A stretch of DNA of 64,000 bases from assembly GCA_965205875.1 (NCBI GenBank), contig CBDBIA010000004.1:2682830-2746829 (forward strand), written 5' to 3'. The position numbers were made by a program, and so were the translations under genes. Below, piece after piece: positions 44,506-52,787 of the stretch (its first letter is position 1; each line of letters starts with the position of its first letter). The notes beneath the pieces are model-generated. The model did not search any database. It was not told the DNA's origin and saw only the letters and a program-made list of their open reading frames with translations. This DNA is from Phototrophicaceae bacterium. Its GTDB lineage: Bacteria; Chloroflexota; Anaerolineae; Aggregatilineales; Phototrophicaceae.

Positions 44506-45084
44506 TCACTGCAGCGCGAAGAGCGTCAGGGGCACCAGCACGCCCACCAAAGCGCCGCCCAGCAACTGCGCCGGGTTGTGGCGCCCCAGCTGCAGGCGCG
44601 CCGCCGCCACCAGCAACCACAGCGGCAATACCAGCGTGGCCCAGCCAGGGCCGAAAAAGGCGTAGGCAGCGACCATCACGCCCGTGATGCTCATCATGTG
44701 CATGCTGACCTGCCAGACCAGCGTAATGAGCGCGATCGACGTGATCAGCGCCAGGCTGCAGAGCGCGAAGAAGGGCATCACGCCGGGCGCGCCGCTGCTC
44801 TGCAATATCCACCAGGCGAGGGCCGTGCAGGCGATGGAGACGAGGAAGGGCCGGCTGCGCTCTGCGCGCAGCGGCATGTCCAGCGAGCTGATCTCTCCGC
44901 GGCGCACCATCAGCGCAACGTAGAGCATGGGCAGCAGGCTGACAAGTAGCCCGTAGAGGGCCGCATTGCGCAGGCCCTGCGCAGTGGTCTCCGCATCGCG
45001 CAGCGCCACCGGCACGGCCATCAACGCCCAGACCGGCGGCGGACTCAGCAGGAGGGAGACGAGGCGCGCCCAGCTCACTGGCAA
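44506..45084 (-). CDS. PAP2-like integral membrane phosphatase (diverged)
   Basis: 192 aa, ~6 TM. Motif-like blocks RAERSRP (C1), SMH (C2) and ARLQLGRHNPAQLLGGALVG (C3, with Asp replaced by Gln). Confidence 0.5.
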   Translation of the reverse strand: MPVSWARLVSLLLSPPPVWALMAVPVALRDAETTAQGLRNAALYGLLVSLLPMLYVALMVRRGEISSLDMPLRAERSRPFLVSIACTALAWWILQSSGAPGVMPFFALCSLALITSIALITLVWQVSMHMMSITGVMVAAYAFFGPGWATLVLPLWLLVAAARLQLGRHNPAQLLGGALVGVLVPLTLFALQ

Positions 45085-46286
45085 GGCCGTTCAGCTCCGA
45101 GTGACTCATAGAGCGCTGCGTAGCGCCCTGCGACTTGTTGCCAGCTGTACTGCGCCTCAACCAGCTCCCGCCCTGCGCGCGCCAGGCGCTGCCGCAAGGC
45201 CGCGTCGCCCAGCAGCGTGAGCAGGGCAGTGGGCAGCTCACTGCGCTTTGCCAGTAGCGCGTGTTGCCCGGAAATGGCGGCGATGCCGTCCACGCTCAGC
45301 GGCGTGGCCGCCAGCGGACAAGCGCTCGCCAGCGCCTCCAGCACCTTGTTCTTGATGCCGGCGCCCAGTCGCAGTGGACTGACAAACAGCGTGGCGCGCG
45401 CCAGCCAGGGCCGCAGATCCGGCACGCGCCCGCTGACCAGAACGCGCTCGCCCGCCAGCGCGCGCATGGCGGCCGACGGCGCGTCTCCCACCAGCCACAA
45501 TTGCGCCTCGGGAATCTGCTGCCGCAACGTTGGCAGGAGCTCGCGCGCCAGGTAGAGAGCGGCCTCCTCATTGGGCTCGTAGGCGAAGTTGCCGGTGAAG
45601 AGCAGCGTGGCCGCTTCGCGCGGGCCGGACTGCGGCCGGAAGTACTCAAGGTCGACGCCGTTGGGGATGACTTCCCAGTCCAGCGCCGGGTTGATGCTGC
45701 GCAGCTCCGCGCGGTCACGTTCGGCCACGACCACCCGCCGCAGAAAGGGCGTGAACATCCAGGACTCGTAGCGCCGCGCCAGGAAGTGGCGTACGCGCGC
45801 GCCCGGCGCCGGCCCGGCCTGTGCCTCAAGCTCGCGTCGCAGATAGAGGCTGTAGGATTCGTAGGGCGTGATGAGCGCGGGCAGGGTCCCGACCGCCTTG
45901 CAGTATTCGTAGACCTGCACGCCGCCGAAAAAGTGCGCGCAAGTGTAGCGCTGCCTGGCAAGCTGCTGGGTGATGGCCCGCCACATGGCCGGCGAGCGGG
46001 CCTGGTCCGCATGTTGCGGGAAACGCGTCTGCGGCAGCAGCAGTCGGCGCAGCAGCGTGCTCTGGCTACGCGGCGGCTCGTCGATTAGCGTGATGTCGCC
46101 GAAGTGTGCGCGGTAGCGTTCTGTTTCTTCGTGGTCTGAGGGGCACTTGGCGAAAGCCAGCAGGTCGATGACATGGCCGCGCTGCGCCAGTTCGCGCGCC
46201 AGATGCCAGATGATGAGGCGGTCGCCCAGGTGCAGTGGCCAGGGCGGGCAGCGGGAGATGAGCAGGACGCGCGGCATGGCGACCAT
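45075..46286 (-). CDS. family 4 (GT-B) glycosyltransferase
   Basis: 403 aa. N-terminal RVLLISRCPPWPLHLGDRLIIWHLAREL and C-terminal GAGIKNKVLEALASACPLAATP blocks. Confidence 0.8.
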   Translation of the reverse strand: MVAMPRVLLISRCPPWPLHLGDRLIIWHLARELAQRGHVIDLLAFAKCPSDHEETERYRAHFGDITLIDEPPRSQSTLLRRLLLPQTRFPQHADQARSPAMWRAITQQLARQRYTCAHFFGGVQVYEYCKAVGTLPALITPYESYSLYLRRELEAQAGPAPGARVRHFLARRYESWMFTPFLRRVVVAERDRAELRSINPALDWEVIPNGVDLEYFRPQSGPREAATLLFTGNFAYEPNEEAALYLARELLPTLRQQIPEAQLWLVGDAPSAAMRALAGERVLVSGRVPDLRPWLARATLFVSPLRLGAGIKNKVLEALASACPLAATPLSVDGIAAISGQHALLAKRSELPTALLTLLGDAALRQRLARAGRELVEAQYSWQQVAGRYAALYESLGAERPCQ

Positions 46287-46354
46287 GATAGCACAGGGTC
46301 TGGTCAGGGCCGCGGGCGGAGGCTATCATGCGCCGCAGCGAATGAGGAAAAGAT

Positions 46355-47104
46355 ATGCGCAGATTGCTGCTGATCGTTCTGGGGCTGGGGATCGTCGTCG
46401 CAATAGCCCTCGGCATCATCGCGGCCGTGCTCTACTTTCAGGGCGGCACTGACCTGGTCAGCGAGGTCGTCAACTCGGCCGTACTTTTTGTTCAGGGAGG
46501 CTCCGGGCAACCCAGTGAGGCCATCAGCGCGCCCGGCCTGACGGCCACTGACAGCGCCACCGTGTTCAGCATCGTGGCGGAAGAATCTGAAGTGCGCTTC
46601 ATCATCGACGAGGTGTTGAACGGCGCGGACTTCACCGTGGTCGGCGCTACCGACCAGGTCGCCGGCGACATCAGTGTCAACCAGGGCAATCCGGCGGCTT
46701 CGGCCATCGGCCTGATTCGCATCAACGCGCGTACCCTGGCGACCGACAACGGCAATCGCAACCGGGCGCTGCGCACTTTCATTCTGAAATCGGGCCAGGA
46801 CGAATACGAATTCGCGGAGTTTGAGCCTCAGGAACTGACGGGCCTGCCGCAGGGCGTGACAGTCGGCGAGCCCTTCGAGCTGCAGATTGTCGGCGAGCTG
46901 CGCATCGCCGGCGCGGTACAGGAGCTCAGCTTCGACGCCAGTATCACGCTGGAGAGCGCGGAGCGCCTGAGCGGCACGGCGCACACGTCGTTGCGCCACG
47001 CCGATCTGGGCCTCACCATCCCCAGCGTGCCTTCCGTCTCTAACGTTTCGGAAGAGGTCAGGCTCGAAATCGACTTCGTGGCCGTGGCCGCGGCCGAGGG
47101 ATAG
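46355..47104 (+). CDS. YceI-like domain protein with N-terminal membrane anchor
   Basis: 249 aa. SEVRFIIDEVLNG ... GDISVN ... INARTLATDNGNRNRALR ... EVRLEIDFVA matches the YceI lipocalin-like family. Confidence 0.75.
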   Translation: MRRLLLIVLGLGIVVAIALGIIAAVLYFQGGTDLVSEVVNSAVLFVQGGSGQPSEAISAPGLTATDSATVFSIVAEESEVRFIIDEVLNGADFTVVGATDQVAGDISVNQGNPAASAIGLIRINARTLATDNGNRNRALRTFILKSGQDEYEFAEFEPQELTGLPQGVTVGEPFELQIVGELRIAGAVQELSFDASITLESAERLSGTAHTSLRHADLGLTIPSVPSVSNVSEEVRLEIDFVAVAAAEG

Positions 47105-47107
47105 CGC

Positions 47108-47614
47108 TTACGCGCCCTCCTCCGCTGGCGGAGCGGCGCCCAGCTCCCGGTCGAGCAGGAAGAGGCCAGGACCGAAATCGCCGACCAGGTTGAGGTCCTG
47201 GATGGCCTCGTCAACAATGGCTTCCTCTTCCACCTGCTCGTCCACAAACCATTGCAGGAAGCTGAAGCTGGCCTGGTCGTTCTCCTTCGTCGCCAGCGCG
47301 ACCAGGTCGTTGATGAGCTGCGTGACGTGCTGTTCGTGCTTCAGGGCGTCCTTGAAGGCGGCCAGCGGCGTGTCCCAGTCGGTAGTGGGTTGCGGTAGCG
47401 GTTTCAACAGCACGCGGCCATCGCGCTCGTTGACGAAGTCGTAGATCTTCATGGCATGCACCATCTCTTCCTCGGCATGCCGGCGCATCCAGGCGGCGAA
47501 GCCGCGGAAGTCGCGATATTCGAACCAGGCGCTCATGGACAGATAGGTGTAATATGCACTCAACTCGGCGTTGATCTGTTCGTTGAGCGCCTGCTGCATA
47601 ACGTCCTTAATCAT
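47108..47614 (-). CDS. non-heme ferritin
   Basis: ATG 47614 (MIKDVMQQALNEQINAELSAYYTYLSM). Ferroxidase ligands EEEMVHAMK and LKHEQHVT. 168 aa. Confidence 0.9.
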   Translation of the reverse strand: MIKDVMQQALNEQINAELSAYYTYLSMSAWFEYRDFRGFAAWMRRHAEEEMVHAMKIYDFVNERDGRVLLKPLPQPTTDWDTPLAAFKDALKHEQHVTQLINDLVALATKENDQASFSFLQWFVDEQVEEEAIVDEAIQDLNLVGDFGPGLFLLDRELGAAPPAEEGA

Positions 47615-47640
47615 GGTGTCCCCTTTGCCGTAGCAGTGAC

Positions 47641-47697
47641 TCTGCAAAGTTAATCTCTGTAAATCTTATCATACTCTGGTTTTATCTGTAAAGTTAA
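47641..47697. promoter_or_regulatory. triple TCTGYAAA repeats in the ferritin / histidine-phosphatase divergent promoter
   Basis: TCTGCAAAGTTAA (47641..47653) and TCTGTAAAGTTAA (47685..47697) are a 13-nt direct repeat with 1 mismatch. A third TCTGTAAA lies at 47656..47663. On the ferritin strand a TTTACA, 18-nt spacer, TAAGAT promoter overlaps them. Confidence 0.4.
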
Positions 47698-47746
47698 CCA
47701 GCGGTCATTCAACGTCGCAGACTAATGCCACGCACAGGAGTCTCCC

Positions 47747-48361
47747 ATGAGTTGCACCATCCATCTGGTTCGCCACGGTGAAGTACACAACCCGCAGCAT
47801 GTGATGTACGGGCGTCTGCCCGGCTATCGTCTCAGCCAGCGCGGCCAGCAGCAGGCGCAGGCTGCGGCGCAGTGGCTGAAATCGCGCCCGCTGGCTGCGC
47901 TGCATGCCAGCCCCATGCAACGCGCCCGCGAAACGGCCTCCATCCTCGCCGCGCAGAACGGGAACCTGCCGGTTCACATCGACGAGCGCCTGATCGAGGT
48001 GAACACGCCCTTTGAAGGTCGACCCCTGAGCGAATTGTTCGCGCGGGACTGGGACCTCTACAGCGGCAGCGGGCCGGAATACGACCAGCCGGAAGACGTG
48101 GCCAGCCGGGGCCAGGCCTTCCTGGCCGACATGCGCCGGGCCTGGCCGGAAGGCGAGGTGGCCGCAGTCTCACACGGCGACGTGATCGCCTTCGCCATCC
48201 TGCTGGCCGCCGGAGATCCGCCAGATGTCAGGGGCAAGCAGAACCTGCCACAATACGGGGTGACGGACGGCTACCCGGAGACCGCCTCGATCAACAGCTT
48301 TCACTGGCGTACCCAGGACCCGGACGAGCTGCCCGAATTCAGCTACCTGCGTCCCTGGTAG
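47747..48361 (+). CDS. histidine phosphatase (phosphoglycerate-mutase-like) family protein
   Basis: 204 aa. Catalytic LVRHGE motif at the N-terminus and SHGD later. Confidence 0.85.
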   Translation: MSCTIHLVRHGEVHNPQHVMYGRLPGYRLSQRGQQQAQAAAQWLKSRPLAALHASPMQRARETASILAAQNGNLPVHIDERLIEVNTPFEGRPLSELFARDWDLYSGSGPEYDQPEDVASRGQAFLADMRRAWPEGEVAAVSHGDVIAFAILLAAGDPPDVRGKQNLPQYGVTDGYPETASINSFHWRTQDPDELPEFSYLRPW

Positions 48362-49580
48362 CCGGCCCCGGCGCCAGCAACATGGCCAGCATGGCCGCCA
48401 GCATGATGCCGGCGGTGAGCCAGAGCATGGGCCCGTAGCTGCCGAAATGATCGTAGAGCGCGCCGGCGCCCACCGGCGCAATCGTCCCCGCCAGAGTCAG
48501 AAAGATGACCATCACGCTGCTGATGCGCCCGAACTGTGCCGCGCCGTAGCGCTGCGCCAGGATGGCGGGCCGCACCAGGGTGCTCGCGCCGATGCCCGCG
48601 CCGAAAAGCAGCACGAAGAGCCAGATACCCCAGGCGGCCCTGACCGTCAGCAACAGCAGCAGGGCCAGCGCCTGCAGCACGAAGGTGCCCGTCGTCAGCA
48701 GGCGCAGCGAAAAGCGCTCGGTGAAGGGCGCGAAGAACAACCGCCCCAACACCTGCGCCGCGCCGATTGCGCCGGCGCAGGTCGCCGCCAGGCTGGACGT
48801 CACGCCCTGGTCCAACAGGAAGGGGACGAAGTGGACGCGGATGGCGTTGCCGGCCAGCATGGCCAGTGAAAAGGCCGCCGTCAGCGCCCAAAAGCCGCCG
48901 CGGCGCAGCACCTCGCGCACTGACCGGGAAGGAGCCGTTGCTGCGGTGTCGTCCACCTCCTGCGCGCCGTCCGGCTGCAGGCCGATGTCCGCCGGGCGCC
49001 GCCGCAGCACCAGCGCGTGCAGCGGTACGGTGGTTACGGCCAGCGTGATGCCCAGCAGCAGGACCGCCGTGCGCCAGCCATGGCGCTGTAACAGCAGGTC
49101 GGCCAGCGGCAGAAAGATGGTGCTGGCGAAGCCGGCGATGAAGGTGATGAAGGCCAGCGCCCGCGCCCGCCGCCGCAGGAACCAGTTGGTGATGACCGTG
49201 AAGGCCGGCTCGTAGAACAGGGCCGCCATACACACGCCCAGCCCGGCCCACACCAGGTAGTACATCAGCGGCCCGCTGGCCTGCGACCAGAGGATCACGA
49301 GTCCGCTGGCCAGCAGCGAGGCCGTGGTCATCAGCAGGCGCGCGCCGTGGCGGTCGATCCAGATGCCGACGGGCACGGCCATGGCGCCGCGCAGTAGCAG
49401 CGCCAGCGAGAAGGCGCCGGTCAGTTGCGTGCGCGTCCAGCCGGTGTCCAGCTCCATCGGACTGATGAAGACCGAAAACGCATAATAAATGATGCCCCAG
49501 GAAATCGTCTCGGTGATTGCCAGGGCCAGTGCGATGCGCCAGCCGTAGTAGGCACTGCGCAGATTGCGCAGTCGTCTCAC
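48339..49580 (-). CDS. MFS transporter
   Basis: 413 aa, ~12 TM. The GTG start overlaps the recF stop (GTGA). The alternate-frame ORF 48343..49608 is an Arg/Ala/Gly-rich artefact. Confidence 0.8.
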   Translation of the reverse strand: MRRLRNLRSAYYGWRIALALAITETISWGIIYYAFSVFISPMELDTGWTRTQLTGAFSLALLLRGAMAVPVGIWIDRHGARLLMTTASLLASGLVILWSQASGPLMYYLVWAGLGVCMAALFYEPAFTVITNWFLRRRARALAFITFIAGFASTIFLPLADLLLQRHGWRTAVLLLGITLAVTTVPLHALVLRRRPADIGLQPDGAQEVDDTAATAPSRSVREVLRRGGFWALTAAFSLAMLAGNAIRVHFVPFLLDQGVTSSLAATCAGAIGAAQVLGRLFFAPFTERFSLRLLTTGTFVLQALALLLLLTVRAAWGIWLFVLLFGAGIGASTLVRPAILAQRYGAAQFGRISSVMVIFLTLAGTIAPVGAGALYDHFGSYGPMLWLTAGIMLAAMLAMLLAPGPATRDAGS

Positions 49581-50800
49581 GATTCCGCTTGCTGCGCGTG
49601 CGACGCAATCTGACCGGCGACGATGTGTAGTACGGCGGCGTGCTGCAGGAAGCGTGGCGTGAAAATATCCAGCTCGGTGGTGGTCAGCAGCGTCTGCGCC
49701 GAGCCATCCAGGCGCTCCAGCAGCCAGTTGCGGCGGTTGGCATCCAGCTCCGCGACGACCTCGTCCAGCAGCAACAGGGGCGGCTCGCCGATGCGCGCGC
49801 GCATCCAGTCCAGCTCCGCCAGTTTGAGCGCCATCACCGCGGTGCGCGCCTGGCCGCGGCTGCCGTAGAGGCCGGCGTCATGGCCGTTGATGTGGATGCG
49901 CAACTCGTCGCGGTGCGGCCCGCTGAGCGTGAAGCCGCGGCTGAGCGACTCCCCGCGTTCCTCCGCCAGGCGGGCGGCGTACTGCGGCGCGATGTCGGCG
50001 GCATCCAGCTCGCGGTGCAGATCCAGGCCCTGCATGTTGAAGGAGAGCTGGCCGTCGCCGGCGGCGGTCGGCGCGAAGCTGGGTTGATAGCGCAGCGCCA
50101 GCGTCTCGCGGCCGCCCGTCAGGTCGTGATGGGCGCGGCAGGCCGTGCCCTCCAGTTCGCGCAGAAAGCGTTGCCGCGCGGCGATGAGAACGGCGCCCGC
50201 CTGCACCAGCTGCGCGTCCCAGAAGTCCAGTTCGTGCGGCGCCGCGCGCTGCTCCTGGATGCGACGTAGCAGGGCGTTGCGCTGCGGCAGCAGCTTGCCG
50301 AAGCTGGTCAGCGCGTCCAGATAGTCCGCGTCGACCTGCGCCAGCGTGTTGTCCATGAACTGGCGCCGGTCCGCGGGCGAGCCCTCAATGAGCGAGAGGT
50401 CGCGCGGCAGGAAGAGCACGGCGTTCAGGCGCCCGACCAGGTCCATCACGCGCTTGTCCGCGCCATTAAGGCGCAGCACCTTTTTGAAGCGCGGCGTCGC
50501 CATGCCCACGTCTTCCAGCAGCAGCGTGACCTCAAGGCGCTCCAGCGAGCTGTGGCGTGAGCTGATTTCGGCGGAGAGGCGCGCGAAGGGGATGGGCTCC
50601 TCCTGGGCGCGCCAGTGGATGAGCTGACGGTCGCTGCTGCTCCAGGGCGAGCGCGACAGGGCCAGGTAGCAAATGGCCTCCAGCAGGCTGGTCTTGCCCT
50701 GGGCGTTGGCGCCGTGAATGAGGGTGGTGCCGGGCGGCAGCGTCCATTCGAGGCGGGCGTAGTTGCGGAAGTTGGTCAGCGAAAGATGTTCGATGCGCAT
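49577..50800 (-). CDS. recF: DNA replication and repair protein RecF
   Basis: ATG 50800 (MRIEHLSLTNFRNY). Walker A GANAQGKTSLLEAI, signature and Walker B LLLLDEV. Confidence 0.9.
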   Translation of the reverse strand: MRIEHLSLTNFRNYARLEWTLPPGTTLIHGANAQGKTSLLEAICYLALSRSPWSSSDRQLIHWRAQEEPIPFARLSAEISSRHSSLERLEVTLLLEDVGMATPRFKKVLRLNGADKRVMDLVGRLNAVLFLPRDLSLIEGSPADRRQFMDNTLAQVDADYLDALTSFGKLLPQRNALLRRIQEQRAAPHELDFWDAQLVQAGAVLIAARQRFLRELEGTACRAHHDLTGGRETLALRYQPSFAPTAAGDGQLSFNMQGLDLHRELDAADIAPQYAARLAEERGESLSRGFTLSGPHRDELRIHINGHDAGLYGSRGQARTAVMALKLAELDWMRARIGEPPLLLLDEVVAELDANRRNWLLERLDGSAQTLLTTTELDIFTPRFLQHAAVLHIVAGQIASHAQQAES

Positions 50801-50874
50801 GGCCTGCCCAGGCTGCCGGTCTGTGGAGACGCCGGAGGCGATTGTAGCGTCGCAGCCATGCCCCTGCACAGCAG

Positions 50875-50904
50875 TTGACAGGAATAGAACATATGTGCTA
50901 ATCT
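50875..50904 (+). promoter_or_regulatory. dinB promoter with embedded LexA (Cheo-type) box
   Basis: TTGACA (50875), 18-nt spacer, TAATCT (50899). The spacer contains AGAACATATGTGCT (50886..50899), compared with the Gram-positive SOS box CGAACATATGTTCG. The region is flanked by the inverted repeat ACAGCAG/CTGCTGT. Confidence 0.55.
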
Positions 50905-50936
50905 GCTGTTAATTGCTGTCACAAGGGTTTAACACC

Positions 50937-52190
50937 ATGTCCCGCATGAACCGCAGTATCCTGCATCTCGATCTGGACGCCTTTTTCTGCGCCGTCGAGG
51001 AGCTGCACGATCCCTCCCTGGCCGGCAAGGCCTTCGCGGTCGGCGGTCAACCAGGGCAGCGCGGCGTGGTCGCTTCCTGTTCCTGGCCCGCGCGCAAGTA
51101 TGGCGTGCGCTCCGCCATGCCCACGGGCGAGGCGCTGCGCCTCTGCCCGCACTTGCTGATCATCTCGCACAGCTTCGGCAACTACAGCGAGGTCTCGGCG
51201 CGGGTCATGGCCCTGCTGCACGAGTTGACGCCGATGATTGAGCCGGTCTCGATCGATGAGGCCTTCCTCGACATCACCGGGCTGCCGGGCGACCCCGCGC
51301 TGATCGCGCGCGCGCTGCAGGCCCGCATCCAGCGCCAGCTGCAGCTGCCCTGTTCCATCGGCGCCGGCACCAGCAAGCTGATCGCCAAAATGGCCACCAA
51401 CGCGGCCAAGCGCAGCGGCAGCGGTGACGTCCCGCCGCGCGCCATCAAGGTCATCGCGCCGGGCGCGGAGGCGGACTTCCTTGCGCCGCTGGCGGTGGAC
51501 GACCTGTGGGGCTGCGGCCCGAAGACCACGGAGCGCCTGCGCGCCATGGGCGTGACCACCATCGGCGCGCTGGCGCGCTGGCCTGTACGCGATCTCATGC
51601 GCCGCTTCGGCAAATATGGTTACGAACTCGGCCAGCACGCCCGCGGCATCGACGAGCGCATCGTCGAAACCTCCTTCGTCACCAAATCGATCGGCCATAG
51701 CAGCACCTTCCTGCGCGACCAGCGCGAGAGCCTGCGCATCCGCCGCAAGCTGCGCGAGCTGGTGGAGGGCGTTGGCCTGCGCCTGCGGCGGCAACGGCTG
51801 CGCGGCAAGACCGTGACGCTCACGCTGCGCTGGTCGGATTTCACGACCGTGATGCACCAGACGACGCTGCCCGTCGCCGTCAACGACGACCTGCTGATCT
51901 GGCAGGCGGCAGAAGCGCTCTTCGAGAGCTACTGGCCGCGTGGCCGGCCGGTGCGCCTGATCGGCGTGCGCGTCAGCAGCCTGGAGCCGGACAAATACGG
52001 GCGTCAGCTGGGGCTGTGGGAGGCGCGGCGCGAGCTGGCCTTGCAGGCGGCCATGGACAACATCCGCAACCGCTTCGGTGATACGGCCGTCCTGCGCTGC
52101 AGCGCGCTGGGCCACTCCGGCAGCTACGCCGGCCCCACGCCCGTCTTCCGCATGAACAACGGCCGCGGCGGCTCATCCGCCCGCGCGTAG
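50937..52190 (+). CDS. dinB: DNA polymerase IV (Y-family)
   Basis: ATG 50937. ILHLDLDAFFCAVEE, SIDEAFLD and GIGPKT-like (CGPKTTERL) motifs. 417 aa. Confidence 0.9.
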   Translation: MSRMNRSILHLDLDAFFCAVEELHDPSLAGKAFAVGGQPGQRGVVASCSWPARKYGVRSAMPTGEALRLCPHLLIISHSFGNYSEVSARVMALLHELTPMIEPVSIDEAFLDITGLPGDPALIARALQARIQRQLQLPCSIGAGTSKLIAKMATNAAKRSGSGDVPPRAIKVIAPGAEADFLAPLAVDDLWGCGPKTTERLRAMGVTTIGALARWPVRDLMRRFGKYGYELGQHARGIDERIVETSFVTKSIGHSSTFLRDQRESLRIRRKLRELVEGVGLRLRRQRLRGKTVTLTLRWSDFTTVMHQTTLPVAVNDDLLIWQAAEALFESYWPRGRPVRLIGVRVSSLEPDKYGRQLGLWEARRELALQAAMDNIRNRFGDTAVLRCSALGHSGSYAGPTPVFRMNNGRGGSSARA

Positions 52191-52787
52191 CTCCGGCATT
52201 AACTGACGCAGCAGGGGCAGGATGCGCGCGGCGGCCAGGCTGCGGTGACTGTGGCGATTCTTCTCGTCCGGCGGCAGCTGCGCCCAGGAGCGGTCCGCGC
52301 CCTGCGGGATGAAGATCGAGTCGTAGCCGAAGCCGGCGGGGCCGGGCATCTCCGCCTGGGCGATGCGGCCCGCAAAATCACCGCTGGCCAGCTTCAGGCG
52401 CTCGCCCCAGGCGACGGCGATCACGCAGCGGAAGCGGGCGCTGCGCTGCGCCGGCGGCAACTCGCCCAGCGCCTCCAGCAGCCTTTGCCGCCGCTGCGCC
52501 ATGCTCAGGCCGGGGCCGCCCCAGCGCGCGGGGAAGACGCCGGGCGCGCCATCCAGCGCCTCCACGAAGAGGCCGGTGTCGTCCGCCAGGGCGGGCAGGC
52601 CGCTGGCCGCTGACCAGGTGCGCGCCTTGTGCACGGCGTTGGCCTCCAGCGTGTCGCCGTCCTCGGCGACCTCCAGCGCCTGCAGGCCGACGTCGGCCGG
52701 GCCGACCAGCTTCAACGGCAGCGCGGCCAGCAGCGCGCGAAACTGTTGCAGCTTGCCTTCGTTGCCCGTGGCAATGAGCAGCGTCAC
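52173..52787 (-). CDS. rdgB: non-canonical purine NTP pyrophosphatase (RdgB/HAM1)
   Basis: 204 aa, GTG start overlapping the upstream stop (GTGA). LLIATGNEGK, DDTGL and GFGYD motifs. Confidence 0.9.
   Translation of the reverse strand: MTLLIATGNEGKLQQFRALLAALPLKLVGPADVGLQALEVAEDGDTLEANAVHKARTWSAASGLPALADDTGLFVEALDGAPGVFPARWGGPGLSMAQRRQRLLEALGELPPAQRSARFRCVIAVAWGERLKLASGDFAGRIAQAEMPGPAGFGYDSIFIPQGADRSWAQLPPDEKNRHSHRSLAAARILPLLRQLMPELRAGG

Noticed and set aside
49577-50936. recF region as a possible replication-origin neighbourhood
   Set aside because: recF is flanked by an MFS transporter and dinB, not dnaA, dnaN or gyrB. I saw no cluster of TTATCCACA-like DnaA boxes or an AT-rich unwinding element.
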